64,000 nt of DNA from an uncultured Clostridia bacterium (GTDB lineage: Bacteria; Bacillota; Clostridia; Lachnospirales; Bianqueaceae): assembly GCA_944383515.1 (NCBI GenBank), contig CALWPV010000026.1:19377-83376 (forward strand), read 5' to 3'. A program made the translations under genes and the position numbers. Position 1 is the stretch's first letter. Every line of letters begins with the position of its first letter. This document shows, piece by piece, positions 28,228 through 36,545 of the stretch. The notes below the pieces were generated by a model, which saw only the letters and a program-made list of their open reading frames with translations, did not search any database and was not told where the DNA came from.

Positions 28228-29584
28228 GGCTCTTTCCTCCTTTCGCTGCTTGCTTTCTCATGGCAGCAACTACCTGCCGCCCCAATTTGCAGGTCTGCGT
28301 TAAATGCCGTTTAGCAGGGCAAATATAACTGCAAGAACCACACTCAATACACTCAGGGCCATGCCATTTAATAAAACCGTCCCAATCGCGGCGCAGTACC
28401 AACTGATTCAGTTCGTAGGGCTGAAGGTGCATGGGACAGGCCTGAATACATTTACCACAACGAATACATGCGCTCTCTTCCGGTAAATATGCCTTAGAAT
28501 CCGAAAAAACTAAAAGACACGAAGACGTTTTAATGACAGGTACGTCTAATGAACTGAGCGCCATTCCCATCATCGGACCGCCGCAAATAATTTTAGCCGG
28601 CTCTTTGGTTACTCCGCCCGCCGCCTCAAGAACTTCACGAAAGCTCGTTCCGATTCTAACCCGATAATTGCCGGGATTTTTTACGCAATCCCCGGTGACA
28701 GTGACAATCCGCCGCTGTAATGGCCGGGCCTGTGTAATCGCTCGTGAAATGGCCACCGAAGTGTCGACATTGATCACGATGCAGCCGATATCCGCCGGTA
28801 AACCGCCCGAAGGCACTTCTCTGTGTGTCACTGCATGGATCAGCTGTTTTTCGCCCCCTTGCGGATATTTTGTTTTCAACCCAACAAGTTCTATGTCGTT
28901 TTCGTCTTCAATATAAGGCTGTAATGCTTGAAATGCATCCGGTTTATTGGACTCAATAGCAATATAGCCTTTAGCGCCGGGAAATAAAGAAAGGACGATC
29001 CGAAGGCCATTAACGACTCTCCAGGAATCCTCCAGCATCACTCTATAGTCTGAGGTTAAATACGGTTCGCACTCAGAAGCGTTAAGAATAATATGATCAA
29101 TTTTTTTATCCGGCGGCGGACTTAACTTGATATGGGTAGGAAATCCTGCGCCGCCCATACCAACTATACCCGCTCTTCGGATTCTATCTAAAATCTGTTC
29201 AGCACTCAGTTCTTTATAGCTGCAAGGCTGAATATCTTTTTCCATAGTCGTATACTGACGATCATTTTCAATCACCACACTCATCACTTTACTTCCGTTA
29301 GGGTGCGGCATGGGTTTAACGTCTTTCACCGTTCCCGATACACTGGAGTATACAAGCGCCCCCAAACCGTCCGGTTCACCAATGACCTGATCACGCAGTA
29401 CGAAATCTCCTTTTTTAACAACAGGCCGACATGGCGCCCCCAAATGCTGCAGCATAGGAAAAACCATGTCACCCTTGGGATCCATAAAATCCTGAATGGC
29501 GATATCTGCCGTATGCCTTTTTTCATCCGGCGGATGCACACCACCTTTGAAGGTTCTCAGTACTGAAGAATATAGTTTTTTCAT
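28220..29584 (-). CDS. rnfC: Rnf complex subunit C
   Basis: It has an NADH-binding GMGGAGFPT motif and two CxxCxxCxxxCP motifs. The start was trimmed to the ATG after GGAGG. Confidence 0.92.
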   Translation of the reverse strand: MKKLYSSVLRTFKGGVHPPDEKRHTADIAIQDFMDPKGDMVFPMLQHLGAPCRPVVKKGDFVLRDQVIGEPDGLGALVYSSVSGTVKDVKPMPHPNGSKVMSVVIENDRQYTTMEKDIQPCSYKELSAEQILDRIRRAGIVGMGGAGFPTHIKLSPPPDKKIDHIILNASECEPYLTSDYRVMLEDSWRVVNGLRIVLSLFPGAKGYIAIESNKPDAFQALQPYIEDENDIELVGLKTKYPQGGEKQLIHAVTHREVPSGGLPADIGCIVINVDTSVAISRAITQARPLQRRIVTVTGDCVKNPGNYRVRIGTSFREVLEAAGGVTKEPAKIICGGPMMGMALSSLDVPVIKTSSCLLVFSDSKAYLPEESACIRCGKCIQACPMHLQPYELNQLVLRRDWDGFIKWHGPECIECGSCSYICPAKRHLTQTCKLGRQVVAAMRKQAAKGGKSHG

Positions 29585-29737
29585 AATTACCTCCATTCCT
29601 GAAAAATACAAGAAAAGTAACTGATTCCTTTCTATTGTACCGTATCTGCCAAAAAAGTCAATGTTCGTTTTTCAAAAAATATGCCGTATAATTTTGGCTA
29701 AATGCTACAAGATAAGAAGAGAAAGGAGGATCATCTC

Positions 29738-29956
29738 ATGAGTGCAAAACCTTTTGATATTCTATGTTTGACCTTAACCATTATTGGCGCCATTATCTGG
29801 GGTCTCATAGGTTTCTTCAACTTTAATCTGGTTGATGCCTTATTCGGCTATTCGTGGGTTTCCCGTATTATTTATGCGGCTGTCGGATTAGCCGGTCTCT
29901 ACTGTCTTAGCATGTACGGCAAAATTGCTGCTGCCGATTCCTACCGTCAGCCTTAA
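29738..29956 (+). CDS. DUF378-family small membrane protein
   Basis: It is a 72-aa two-TM protein containing IIGAIIWGLIGFFNFNLV. AAAGGAGG lies upstream. Confidence 0.75.
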   Translation: MSAKPFDILCLTLTIIGAIIWGLIGFFNFNLVDALFGYSWVSRIIYAAVGLAGLYCLSMYGKIAAADSYRQP

Positions 29957-29961
29957 CACAC

Positions 29962-30000
29962 ATCGCGCCTGGAGAATTGTTCTCAAGGCGCGATATTTTT
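29962..30000 (+). terminator. intrinsic terminator after the DUF378 gene
   Basis: A stem of about 14 bp, ATCGCGCCTGGAGAA/TTCTCAAGGCGCGAT, is followed by a run of 5 T. Confidence 0.75.
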
Positions 30001-30020
30001 AGTTAAAGTAAAAAAAAGGT

Positions 30021-30049
30021 TTGAAATAGCTCTTCTAAAATGATATAAT
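30021..30049 (+). promoter_or_regulatory. sigma-A promoter for the mini P-loop gene
   Basis: It reads TTGAAA-N17-TATAAT with a TG extension (TGATATAAT). Confidence 0.5.
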
Positions 30050-30106
30050 GGATGCAACACATTTACATGCCTTTTATAAAAAGGCGAGTATAAGGAGGAG
30101 TTTCTC

Positions 30107-30520
30107 ATGATTCAATTGATCGCCGGTCGTCAAGGCGCTGGAAAAACAAAAAGTTTAATTGACATGGCTAATAACCTGGTTAAAACCAATGACGGTCATA
30201 TCGTATATGTGGACGCGGACCAAAGTCAAATTTTTCGGCTGGATTATGCGATTCGCTTAATTCAAGTTGCGGAATATCCTTTGGAAACCAGCAGTGAATT
30301 TTTTGGCTTCGTTTGCGGTATTCTCTCTCAGGATTATGATATTAATACTGTTTTCATTGACGGTCTACTGAAAAACGCGAAAATTGATATCGCACAAATC
30401 GAAACCTTATTAGACAAGGTCAACGATGTGGCAGAAAAATACAGCATTCATTTCATTATCAGCATGTGCTGTGATGAAAACGAAGTGCCTGAAAAATATC
30501 AATCCTGCTTACTTCACTAA
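30107..30520 (+). CDS. uncharacterised 137-aa stand-alone P-loop NTPase
   Basis: It has Walker A GRQGAGKT at residues 7-14 and a Walker-B-like TVFIDGLL. A strong RBS AAGGAGGAG lies upstream. The gene has its own promoter and terminator. Confidence 0.6.
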   Translation: MIQLIAGRQGAGKTKSLIDMANNLVKTNDGHIVYVDADQSQIFRLDYAIRLIQVAEYPLETSSEFFGFVCGILSQDYDINTVFIDGLLKNAKIDIAQIETLLDKVNDVAEKYSIHFIISMCCDENEVPEKYQSCLLH

Positions 30521-30580
30521 TCCATACATACGTTTTATAGCGTATGCGAACGGATTGAAAAAACGGCTATAATACAAATA

Positions 30581-30623
30581 AGACCTGTTGCAGAATTCAA
30601 AATTTTGCAGCAGGTCTCTTTTT
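30581..30623. terminator. bidirectional intrinsic terminator (P-loop gene on + and pseudouridine synthase gene on -)
   Basis: A stem of about 17 bp, AGACCTGTTGCAGAATT/AATTTTGCAGCAGGTCT, is followed by CTTTTTATT on the + strand. Confidence 0.75.
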
Positions 30624-30630
30624 ATTGGTG

Positions 30631-31602
30631 CTATTTTTCAACATGTTTATTGTCTAACAGGGACTGCATGGCATCTGGCAGCGCCGCTTCTACCACTTTT
30701 CCATTCAAATAGGCAAGTGGTGAAGGGCAATTTTGAAATTCTAACCGTTTAGCCACTAAGAGCGGTCTAAATTGATGCGACCTCGCATTATACTTTCCAT
30801 CGCCTTCAATAGGAAAGCCTTCAAACGAAAGCTGTGCTCGTATCTGGTGACTTTTCCCTGTAAGTAACTGAATTTCAACCAAACTCAAATGGTGCGCCAA
30901 GGGCTTGAGCAAACGCACACGGCTTTTTATTAACGATGACTCGGAGTCTCTATCTGTAGCCGAAGCAAGGCGCGCTATATTCGCTTCTTTGTCCTTATGC
31001 CAGTTATGTGTGAGCATTGTCCAGTCATGCCACGCCGTTGGAACACCGGTAACGATGGCCCAATAATACTTTCCCAGCGTATGCTCCCGCAGCATCTGCG
31101 CTACCGCTTGACTCGCCTGCAAGGTTTTCGCAATGATCACGGCTCCTGCCGTGTTTCGATCTAACCGATTGCACACCGCCGGTTTAAAAGCAGCGCTCTC
31201 TTGACAGCCATGCTTCCTTAACATAGTTTGACAAATCTCTGTTAAAGAAAGATCACCAGGGTGACTTTTTTGCGAAAGCATACCAACGGGTTTGTTTACA
31301 ATCAGTAACTGCGCGTCTTCATATAAAACGGGTACAGACGGTACTTCTTTTTCTACGACGCTACGTTTAACTTGTGGTTTGAATCCAAATTGAGCGAGCT
31401 GCGCATCGGTAAAATAAATACGAAGTATATCGCCTGTTTGCAGTAAATAGGCTAAATCGGCCGGCCTTTTCCCATTCACCTTAAGCTTTCGTTCCCGCTG
31501 CGCTCTAAAGAATATGCCCCGGCTCGCATGCGGAAAAAGCTTTTCTAAAAAGCGGATCAATTTTCGACCCGCTTCTTCTTCTCGTACAATCCATTCTAAC
31601 AT
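30631..31602 (-). CDS. RluA-family pseudouridine synthase with an S4-like N-terminus
   Basis: The catalytic motif is NRLDRNTAGAVI (the HRLD-type Asp is retained). The KxY/GKSHQIR region is present. Confidence 0.88.
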   Translation of the reverse strand: MLEWIVREEEAGRKLIRFLEKLFPHASRGIFFRAQRERKLKVNGKRPADLAYLLQTGDILRIYFTDAQLAQFGFKPQVKRSVVEKEVPSVPVLYEDAQLLIVNKPVGMLSQKSHPGDLSLTEICQTMLRKHGCQESAAFKPAVCNRLDRNTAGAVIIAKTLQASQAVAQMLREHTLGKYYWAIVTGVPTAWHDWTMLTHNWHKDKEANIARLASATDRDSESSLIKSRVRLLKPLAHHLSLVEIQLLTGKSHQIRAQLSFEGFPIEGDGKYNARSHQFRPLLVAKRLEFQNCPSPLAYLNGKVVEAALPDAMQSLLDNKHVEK

Positions 31603-31608
31603 GGTAAT

Positions 31609-32535
31609 TTATAAATCCACTTCTTTCGCCAGTTCCGTGGCAGAGGTTACTAGCCCAGCCAGCGATTGCAGCTGCGAGGGAATAATAATTTTTGTCGCTT
31701 TACCGTCTGCAGCGCGTTCAAAAGCTTCCAAGCTCTTTAAGGAAATAACGCCTGCGTCAGGGCCAGCATTTTTAAGCATGGTAATTCCGTCGGCCGTAGC
31801 CTCCTGCACTTTCCGAATTGCCTCGGCCTGCCCTTCCGCTTCCCGGATCTGTGCTTCTTTTTTAGCCTCCGCACGCAAAATCTCGGCCTGCTTTTCGGCT
31901 TCCGCCTCCAGAATGAGCGATTCCTTTTTACCTTCAGCAACCAGGATTTGTGATTGTTTTGTGCCTTCGGCACGCAAAATAGCTTCGCGCTTTTCACGTT
32001 CTGCCTTCATTTGTTTTTCCATGGCCTGCTGAATCTCTGCCGGAGGAATAATGTTTTTAACTTCTACTCGATTAACTTTAATGCCCCATGGATCCGTAGC
32101 TTCGTCTAAAATCATTCGCATCCGGCTGTTGATAATATCGCGCGAAGTAAATGTTTCGTCCAGTTCCAAATCGCCAATAATATTGCGCAGCGTTGTTGCC
32201 GAAAGATTGGCAATGGCCATCATTGGATTTTCGACGCCATATGTAAATGCTTTGGGATCGGTAATTTGGAAAAAAACTACGGTATCAATTTGAATTGTTG
32301 CATTATCTTCGGTAATAACCGGTTGTGGTGGAAAATCCGCCACCTGCTCTTTCAAATTGACTTTACGAGCTACTTTATCAATAATCGGAACTTTGAAATG
32401 CAGCCCCACGCCCCAGGTTTGCTTATAGGCCCCCAACCGTTCAACTACATAGGCATTCGCCTGCGGTACAATCCGAAAACAAGAGGCCAGCAAGAGAACG
32501 AGTAAAATAACAATAATGGTAATGGTAATCCACAT
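31609..32535 (-). CDS. SPFH/band-7 (stomatin-like) protein
   Basis: It has an N-terminal TM, an SPFH domain and a C-terminal EA-rich coiled coil. It is paired with nfeD upstream. Confidence 0.9.
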   Translation of the reverse strand: MWITITIIVILLVLLLASCFRIVPQANAYVVERLGAYKQTWGVGLHFKVPIIDKVARKVNLKEQVADFPPQPVITEDNATIQIDTVVFFQITDPKAFTYGVENPMMAIANLSATTLRNIIGDLELDETFTSRDIINSRMRMILDEATDPWGIKVNRVEVKNIIPPAEIQQAMEKQMKAEREKREAILRAEGTKQSQILVAEGKKESLILEAEAEKQAEILRAEAKKEAQIREAEGQAEAIRKVQEATADGITMLKNAGPDAGVISLKSLEAFERAADGKATKIIIPSQLQSLAGLVTSATELAKEVDL

Positions 32536-32553
32536 ATAGATCCCCTCCTTTAC

Positions 32554-32982
32554 TTATGCGGCATGTACAACGACTTTAACCCCTTCGATACGATCGACAA
32601 TCACTGTCATGCCTTTTTCCAGCTGCGCCGTTTCGTCTTCCAATTTGGCAGACCAGATCTGGCCGTCGATTTTCACCTGTCCCCGGCCTTCTACCGGCAC
32701 AATCGTTTCAACAACAATGCCTGTTTTTCCAGGGATTGCGTCAATATTGGTTTTCTTCAAAACCGGTCCCAGGTACCGAATCGCAAGCGGTCTGGTCAAA
32801 ATCATTGTGACAACGCTAACCACAATAAAAAGCACAATCTGAAGCCAAAGCGGGCCGCCAAACAGCGTAGCAAATAGCGCAATTAACGCTCCAAAAGCAA
32901 ACCAAATAGAAGTGAGTCCCATTGTGATCGCTTCAATAGCAACCGATAAAATCAGAATGGCCAACCAAATATATTCCATCAT
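32554..32982 (-). CDS. NfeD-family membrane protein
   Basis: It has an N-terminal TM region and a C-terminal OB-fold (GRGQVKIDGQIWSA). The start was trimmed to ATGATG, which follows GGGAGG. Confidence 0.85.
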   Translation of the reverse strand: MMEYIWLAILILSVAIEAITMGLTSIWFAFGALIALFATLFGGPLWLQIVLFIVVSVVTMILTRPLAIRYLGPVLKKTNIDAIPGKTGIVVETIVPVEGRGQVKIDGQIWSAKLEDETAQLEKGMTVIVDRIEGVKVVVHAA

Positions 32983-33004
32983 TTTCAATATCCTCCCTGT
33001 GTGT

Positions 33005-33300
33005 AAAAATCCCTTCAAAATTCTTGCAGTCGTTCTATAAACGCCATACCATGCTATACATGAGTTCGCTGTAAGCGAACTCTAAGACGCAGCGCAGGCG
33101 ATTGAAACTGCGATAAACTGTATGCTGCGTCTATTATACCATAAGTTTGGCGTTGCACGCCAAACTTAGTAAGAATTCCTTCGGAATTCTTACGGTCGTC
33201 CTGTGTGGGTATTATACCATAAGATTGGCGCGTAAACGCGCCAACTTAGCAAGAATCCTTTCAGGATTCTTGCAGTCGTTCTATGAGGGTATTATACCAT
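33005..33300 (-). repeat. array of the box/two-hairpin module: two intact units, one degenerate unit and two unrelated hairpins
   Basis: GGTATAATA(CC) boxes, read on the minus strand, lie at 33132-33142, 33208-33220 and 33288-33300. Hairpins span 33143-33167, 33169-33193, 33221-33247 and 33249-33273. Extra hairpins span 33062-33082 and 33085-33132, and a degenerate unit spans 33005-33054. Confidence 0.8.
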
Positions 33301-33329
33301 ATATGGTTATAAAGTCAACGAACGCGCTT

Positions 33330-34706
33330 TTAAATATGCAAAATCGCCACTGCCAGCTGGAAGTATATGAGAAGCGAGAGAGCATCGACAATAGTGGTAA
33401 TAAACGGACTAGCCATAACTGCCGGATCCAGCCCTAAGCGCTTAGCGGCAATCGGCAGAATGCACCCTACAATCTTGGCGGCAATCACTTCCACTAAAAT
33501 GGTAAGGGAAACAACTGTAATCACCAAAATCGTAATATCAGGATTATGCATTAAATACCGATCGACTAACAGCATTTTTCCAAAATTTGCAATCGCTAGC
33601 GTAACTCCGCATAAAATTCCCACTCGAAATTCCTTCCAAATTACTTTAGGAAGATCGCTAATCTCAATTTCTCCCAGCGACAATCCGCGGGTAATCATAA
33701 CCGAGGCCTGCCCGCCCGAATTACCGCCTGTTCCCATAAGCATGGGAATAAAGGCCGTAAGCGCTACATAAGCAGCCAGCTTATCTTCAAAATTGCTAAT
33801 GATCATGCCGGTAAATGTGGCCGAAAGCATTAAAAAGAGTAGCCAAGGAATTCGTTTGCCCCACATTTCAAGTGGCGTCGTTTTTAAATAGGGGTGATCG
33901 CTGGGGGCAATCGCCGCCATGATCTCCATATCTTCTGTGTTCTCTTCCTGCAATACGTCCACGGCATCGTCAATCGTGACAATACCCACCAAACGATTTT
34001 CGTAATCCACCACCGGGAGCGCCAAAAAGTCATATTTACTCAGCATCTGCGCCGCTTGTTCCTGGTCGTCATGCGTACCGATCGAAATGACATTGGTTTC
34101 CATAAACGTTTCTATCGGTGTCTCATCGGTATGGTTTAGCAAATCCCGAATGGAAAGCAGCCCCTCTAGGTGCCGCTGATCGTCAACCACATAACAGGTA
34201 TAAATCATTTCTTTATTCATACCCGTTTTTCTGATCTTGTCAATGGCCTGCCGCACCGTCATGCTGCCGCGCAGTGCAATATATTCAATGGTCATTAAGC
34301 TGCCGACACTCTCTTCAGGGTACTGCAAAAGCTCATTGATCATTTTTCGCCGCTCCGGGCGGCAGCTGCGCAAAATTCTTTTCACGACATTAGCCGGCAT
34401 CTCTTCTATAATATTTACCGTATCGTCCAAAAATACCTGTTCGAATACTTCTTTAAGCTCAACGTCGTTAAAAGCCTGAATGAGATCTTCCTGTATTTCA
34501 TTATCGAAGTATACAAAGGCATCGGCCGCCAGCTCTTTGGGTAAAATTCGAAAAGCAATAAGCCGCTCTTCTTCCTCCAGATCCTCAAACAACATGGCAA
34601 TATCCGCCGGCATCAGTGTCGATAAATAGTTACGTACCTCCATCGGTTGTTTCCCATGTATCCACGCCTTCAGCTGCAACACATCTTGTTCCTGTATTTG
34701 TTCCAT
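33330..34706 (-). CDS. mgtE: magnesium transporter MgtE
   Basis: It has the MgtE N domain, tandem CBS domains and a C-terminal 5-TM domain (GTGGNSGGQ). The start was trimmed to the ATG after GGAGGG. Confidence 0.93.
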   Translation of the reverse strand: MEQIQEQDVLQLKAWIHGKQPMEVRNYLSTLMPADIAMLFEDLEEEERLIAFRILPKELAADAFVYFDNEIQEDLIQAFNDVELKEVFEQVFLDDTVNIIEEMPANVVKRILRSCRPERRKMINELLQYPEESVGSLMTIEYIALRGSMTVRQAIDKIRKTGMNKEMIYTCYVVDDQRHLEGLLSIRDLLNHTDETPIETFMETNVISIGTHDDQEQAAQMLSKYDFLALPVVDYENRLVGIVTIDDAVDVLQEENTEDMEIMAAIAPSDHPYLKTTPLEMWGKRIPWLLFLMLSATFTGMIISNFEDKLAAYVALTAFIPMLMGTGGNSGGQASVMITRGLSLGEIEISDLPKVIWKEFRVGILCGVTLAIANFGKMLLVDRYLMHNPDITILVITVVSLTILVEVIAAKIVGCILPIAAKRLGLDPAVMASPFITTIVDALSLLIYFQLAVAILHI

Positions 34707-34735
34707 GGTCCAAACCCTCCACACATGGCCTTCAG

Positions 34736-35359
34736 TTAATCAGAGGTTAGTTTCATAATTTTACGCTTAATCCTTTGCAACGCGTTGTCAATTGCTTTGG
34801 GCTTCTTGTCCATAGCCTTAGCAATCTCCATATAATCCAGTCCCTTTAAAAACAGCTGCAAAACCCGCTTTTCCATAGGGCTCAATGCGTCAATTATTGC
34901 GTTCTCCAGCTGATGAAGGTTATCTTCGTCCATCAGCACCTCTTCGGGAGAGCGCCCGGCTGCGTCTGGCAAAAGCTCCATTAAGCTCATTTCTTTTCCG
35001 TCTTCGTCATTCACCGATCGATCCAGAGATATATAAGAATTCAAAGGCCAATGCTTTAACCGAGACGAAAGGCGGACGGCCGAAACAATTTGTCTTTGAA
35101 TGCAAAGCTGCGCAAAGCTTCTGAACTTCGTCATTTTTTGCGGTTGAAAGTCAACAATTGCCTTATATAAGCCAATCATTCCCTCTTGAATGACGTCATC
35201 TCTATCGGCGCCAATTAGAAAATAGGCCCTGGCCTTACTGCGCACCACTTCTTTATAGCGCTCCAGCAGTTCATTCGTTGCTTCTCGCGCTTCCTCGCTG
35301 CCCGGACCGCGGCGAATGGCATCAATGAGCTCTTCGTCTGTCATGGCTTCCCACTGCAT
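34736..35359 (-). CDS. sigH: sporulation/transition-state sigma factor SigH
   Basis: It has sigma-70 regions 2 and 4 (DVIQEGMIGLYKAIVDF; YMEIAKAMDKKPKAIDNALQRIKRK). It sits in the conserved mrnC-rlmB-sigH context. Confidence 0.9.
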   Translation of the reverse strand: MQWEAMTDEELIDAIRRGPGSEEAREATNELLERYKEVVRSKARAYFLIGADRDDVIQEGMIGLYKAIVDFQPQKMTKFRSFAQLCIQRQIVSAVRLSSRLKHWPLNSYISLDRSVNDEDGKEMSLMELLPDAAGRSPEEVLMDEDNLHQLENAIIDALSPMEKRVLQLFLKGLDYMEIAKAMDKKPKAIDNALQRIKRKIMKLTSD

Positions 35360-35365
35360 TCTTAC

Positions 35366-36106
35366 TTATCCTTCCCGCTGACGCAGCGCTTCAAAAATTA
35401 ATATTCCCGCTGCCACCGACGCATTTAAAGAAGTCACTTTCCCTTTCATAGGCAGACTAACAACGAAATCACTCCGTTTTTTAACCAGAGGCGTTACGCC
35501 TTCATGTTCGCCACCAATAACCAGCGCTAACGGCCCCTTTAAATTGACCCGATAGACGCTTTCCCCGTCCATATCGGCGCAGGCCGTCCAAATACCTCTT
35601 TTTTTAAGATCTTCCACTAACTTGGCAACGCTGCTAACTTTGGCTACCGGTACATACTCCAAGGCCCCGGCCGCCGTTTTAGCCACGGATTCGGTAAGCC
35701 CCACCGCATGATGCTTAGAAACAATCACGCCATGCACTCCGGCCGCTTCCGCGCTGCGCAAAATAGCCCCCAAATTATGCGGGTCCTGAATGCTTTCACA
35801 AATGACTAAAAAAGGGGCTTCTCCCTTTTCTTCCGCTTTTTTTAAAATATCTTCTACCTCTACATACTGGGTCTGCGCGCCAATGGCTATCACGCCCTGA
35901 TGATTGCCCTTTTGAGCCATTTCATCCAGCCTTGCCCTATCGGTTTCCTGCACGACAATGCGCTGCCCCTTTGCCTGCCTTATAATCGCCGCTAACGATC
36001 CCGTATGAGGGGGCCTGGTTACATATAGTTTTTCAATCGCTCTTCCAGATTTCAGCGCCTCCAGCACTGCATTTCTGCCATAAATCATTGAACTTTGATT
36101 GATCAC
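35366..36106 (-). CDS. rlmB: 23S rRNA (Gm2251) 2'-O-methyltransferase RlmB (SpoU/TrmH family)
   Basis: It has SpoU motifs (IYGRNAVLEAL, DPHNLGAILRSA, GGEHEGV, SLNASVA). I prefer GTG 36106, which lies 8 nt after GGAG and overlaps the mrnC stop; ATG 36133 remains an alternative. Confidence 0.88.
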   Translation of the reverse strand: MINQSSMIYGRNAVLEALKSGRAIEKLYVTRPPHTGSLAAIIRQAKGQRIVVQETDRARLDEMAQKGNHQGVIAIGAQTQYVEVEDILKKAEEKGEAPFLVICESIQDPHNLGAILRSAEAAGVHGVIVSKHHAVGLTESVAKTAAGALEYVPVAKVSSVAKLVEDLKKRGIWTACADMDGESVYRVNLKGPLALVIGGEHEGVTPLVKKRSDFVVSLPMKGKVTSLNASVAAGILIFEALRQREG

Positions 36107-36543
36107 TGCACGTTCTCCTTTTCTGTAAACCATTCGGTCGCCCGATGCATCAGCTCATAGAGCCGCTCACTTTGTCCCGTCACATATAAATACCCTAACA
36201 AAGCTTCAAAGCCGGTAGCCCATTTATAATCTAACAACAGCGCATTTTTAGGAACAGAAAGCGATTTCTGATTTCTCCCCCTCTTTAACACTGCCGTTTC
36301 TTTTTCATTTAAGCTGTCTAGCAAATATTTAGCCATTTGTGCCTGCGCCGAGGCTTTGACAAAATGTACCGCGTCCGTATGCATTAACTTAGGAGCCTCC
36401 TCCTTCGTCAGCACCAGCTGCGTGCGCACATACAGATCAAAAACGGTATCTCCTACATACGCCAGCGCCAAAGGGCTTACCTGACGAATATCCAGAGCCC
36501 GCTCGCCGATTTCTTGCCGCATCTGTTCCAAAAGAGTTTTCAT
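36103..36543 (-). CDS. mrnC: mini-ribonuclease III
   Basis: It has the LAYVGDTVFDLYVR RNase III signature. The start was trimmed to the ATG just after the GNAT stop. Confidence 0.88.
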   Translation of the reverse strand: MKTLLEQMRQEIGERALDIRQVSPLALAYVGDTVFDLYVRTQLVLTKEEAPKLMHTDAVHFVKASAQAQMAKYLLDSLNEKETAVLKRGRNQKSLSVPKNALLLDYKWATGFEALLGYLYVTGQSERLYELMHRATEWFTEKENVQ

Positions 36544-36545
36544 AA

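Noticed and set aside
31514-32032. A 172-aa Ser/Ala-rich ORF antisense to the SPFH gene, plus similar shadow ORFs (451-810, 17915-18343, 28668-28916 and many others in the track).
   Set aside because: All overlap strongly supported genes on the other strand or frame, and they lack an SD sequence. Their low-complexity composition mirrors the EA-rich coiled coil of the real gene.
31609-33018. The SPFH-NfeD pair as a candidate stress or defence module.
   Set aside because: This is a widespread, canonical two-gene membrane-scaffold operon. There are no nuclease, ATPase or effector genes nearby that would suggest a defence system.
33005-33300. A possible CRISPR array, given regularly spaced repeats with roughly 78-80-nt periodicity.
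   Set aside because: There are no unique spacers, because the whole period is itself repeated and consists of hairpins. There are only 2-3 units and no cas genes. The same unit also occurs singly at 10325-10415.
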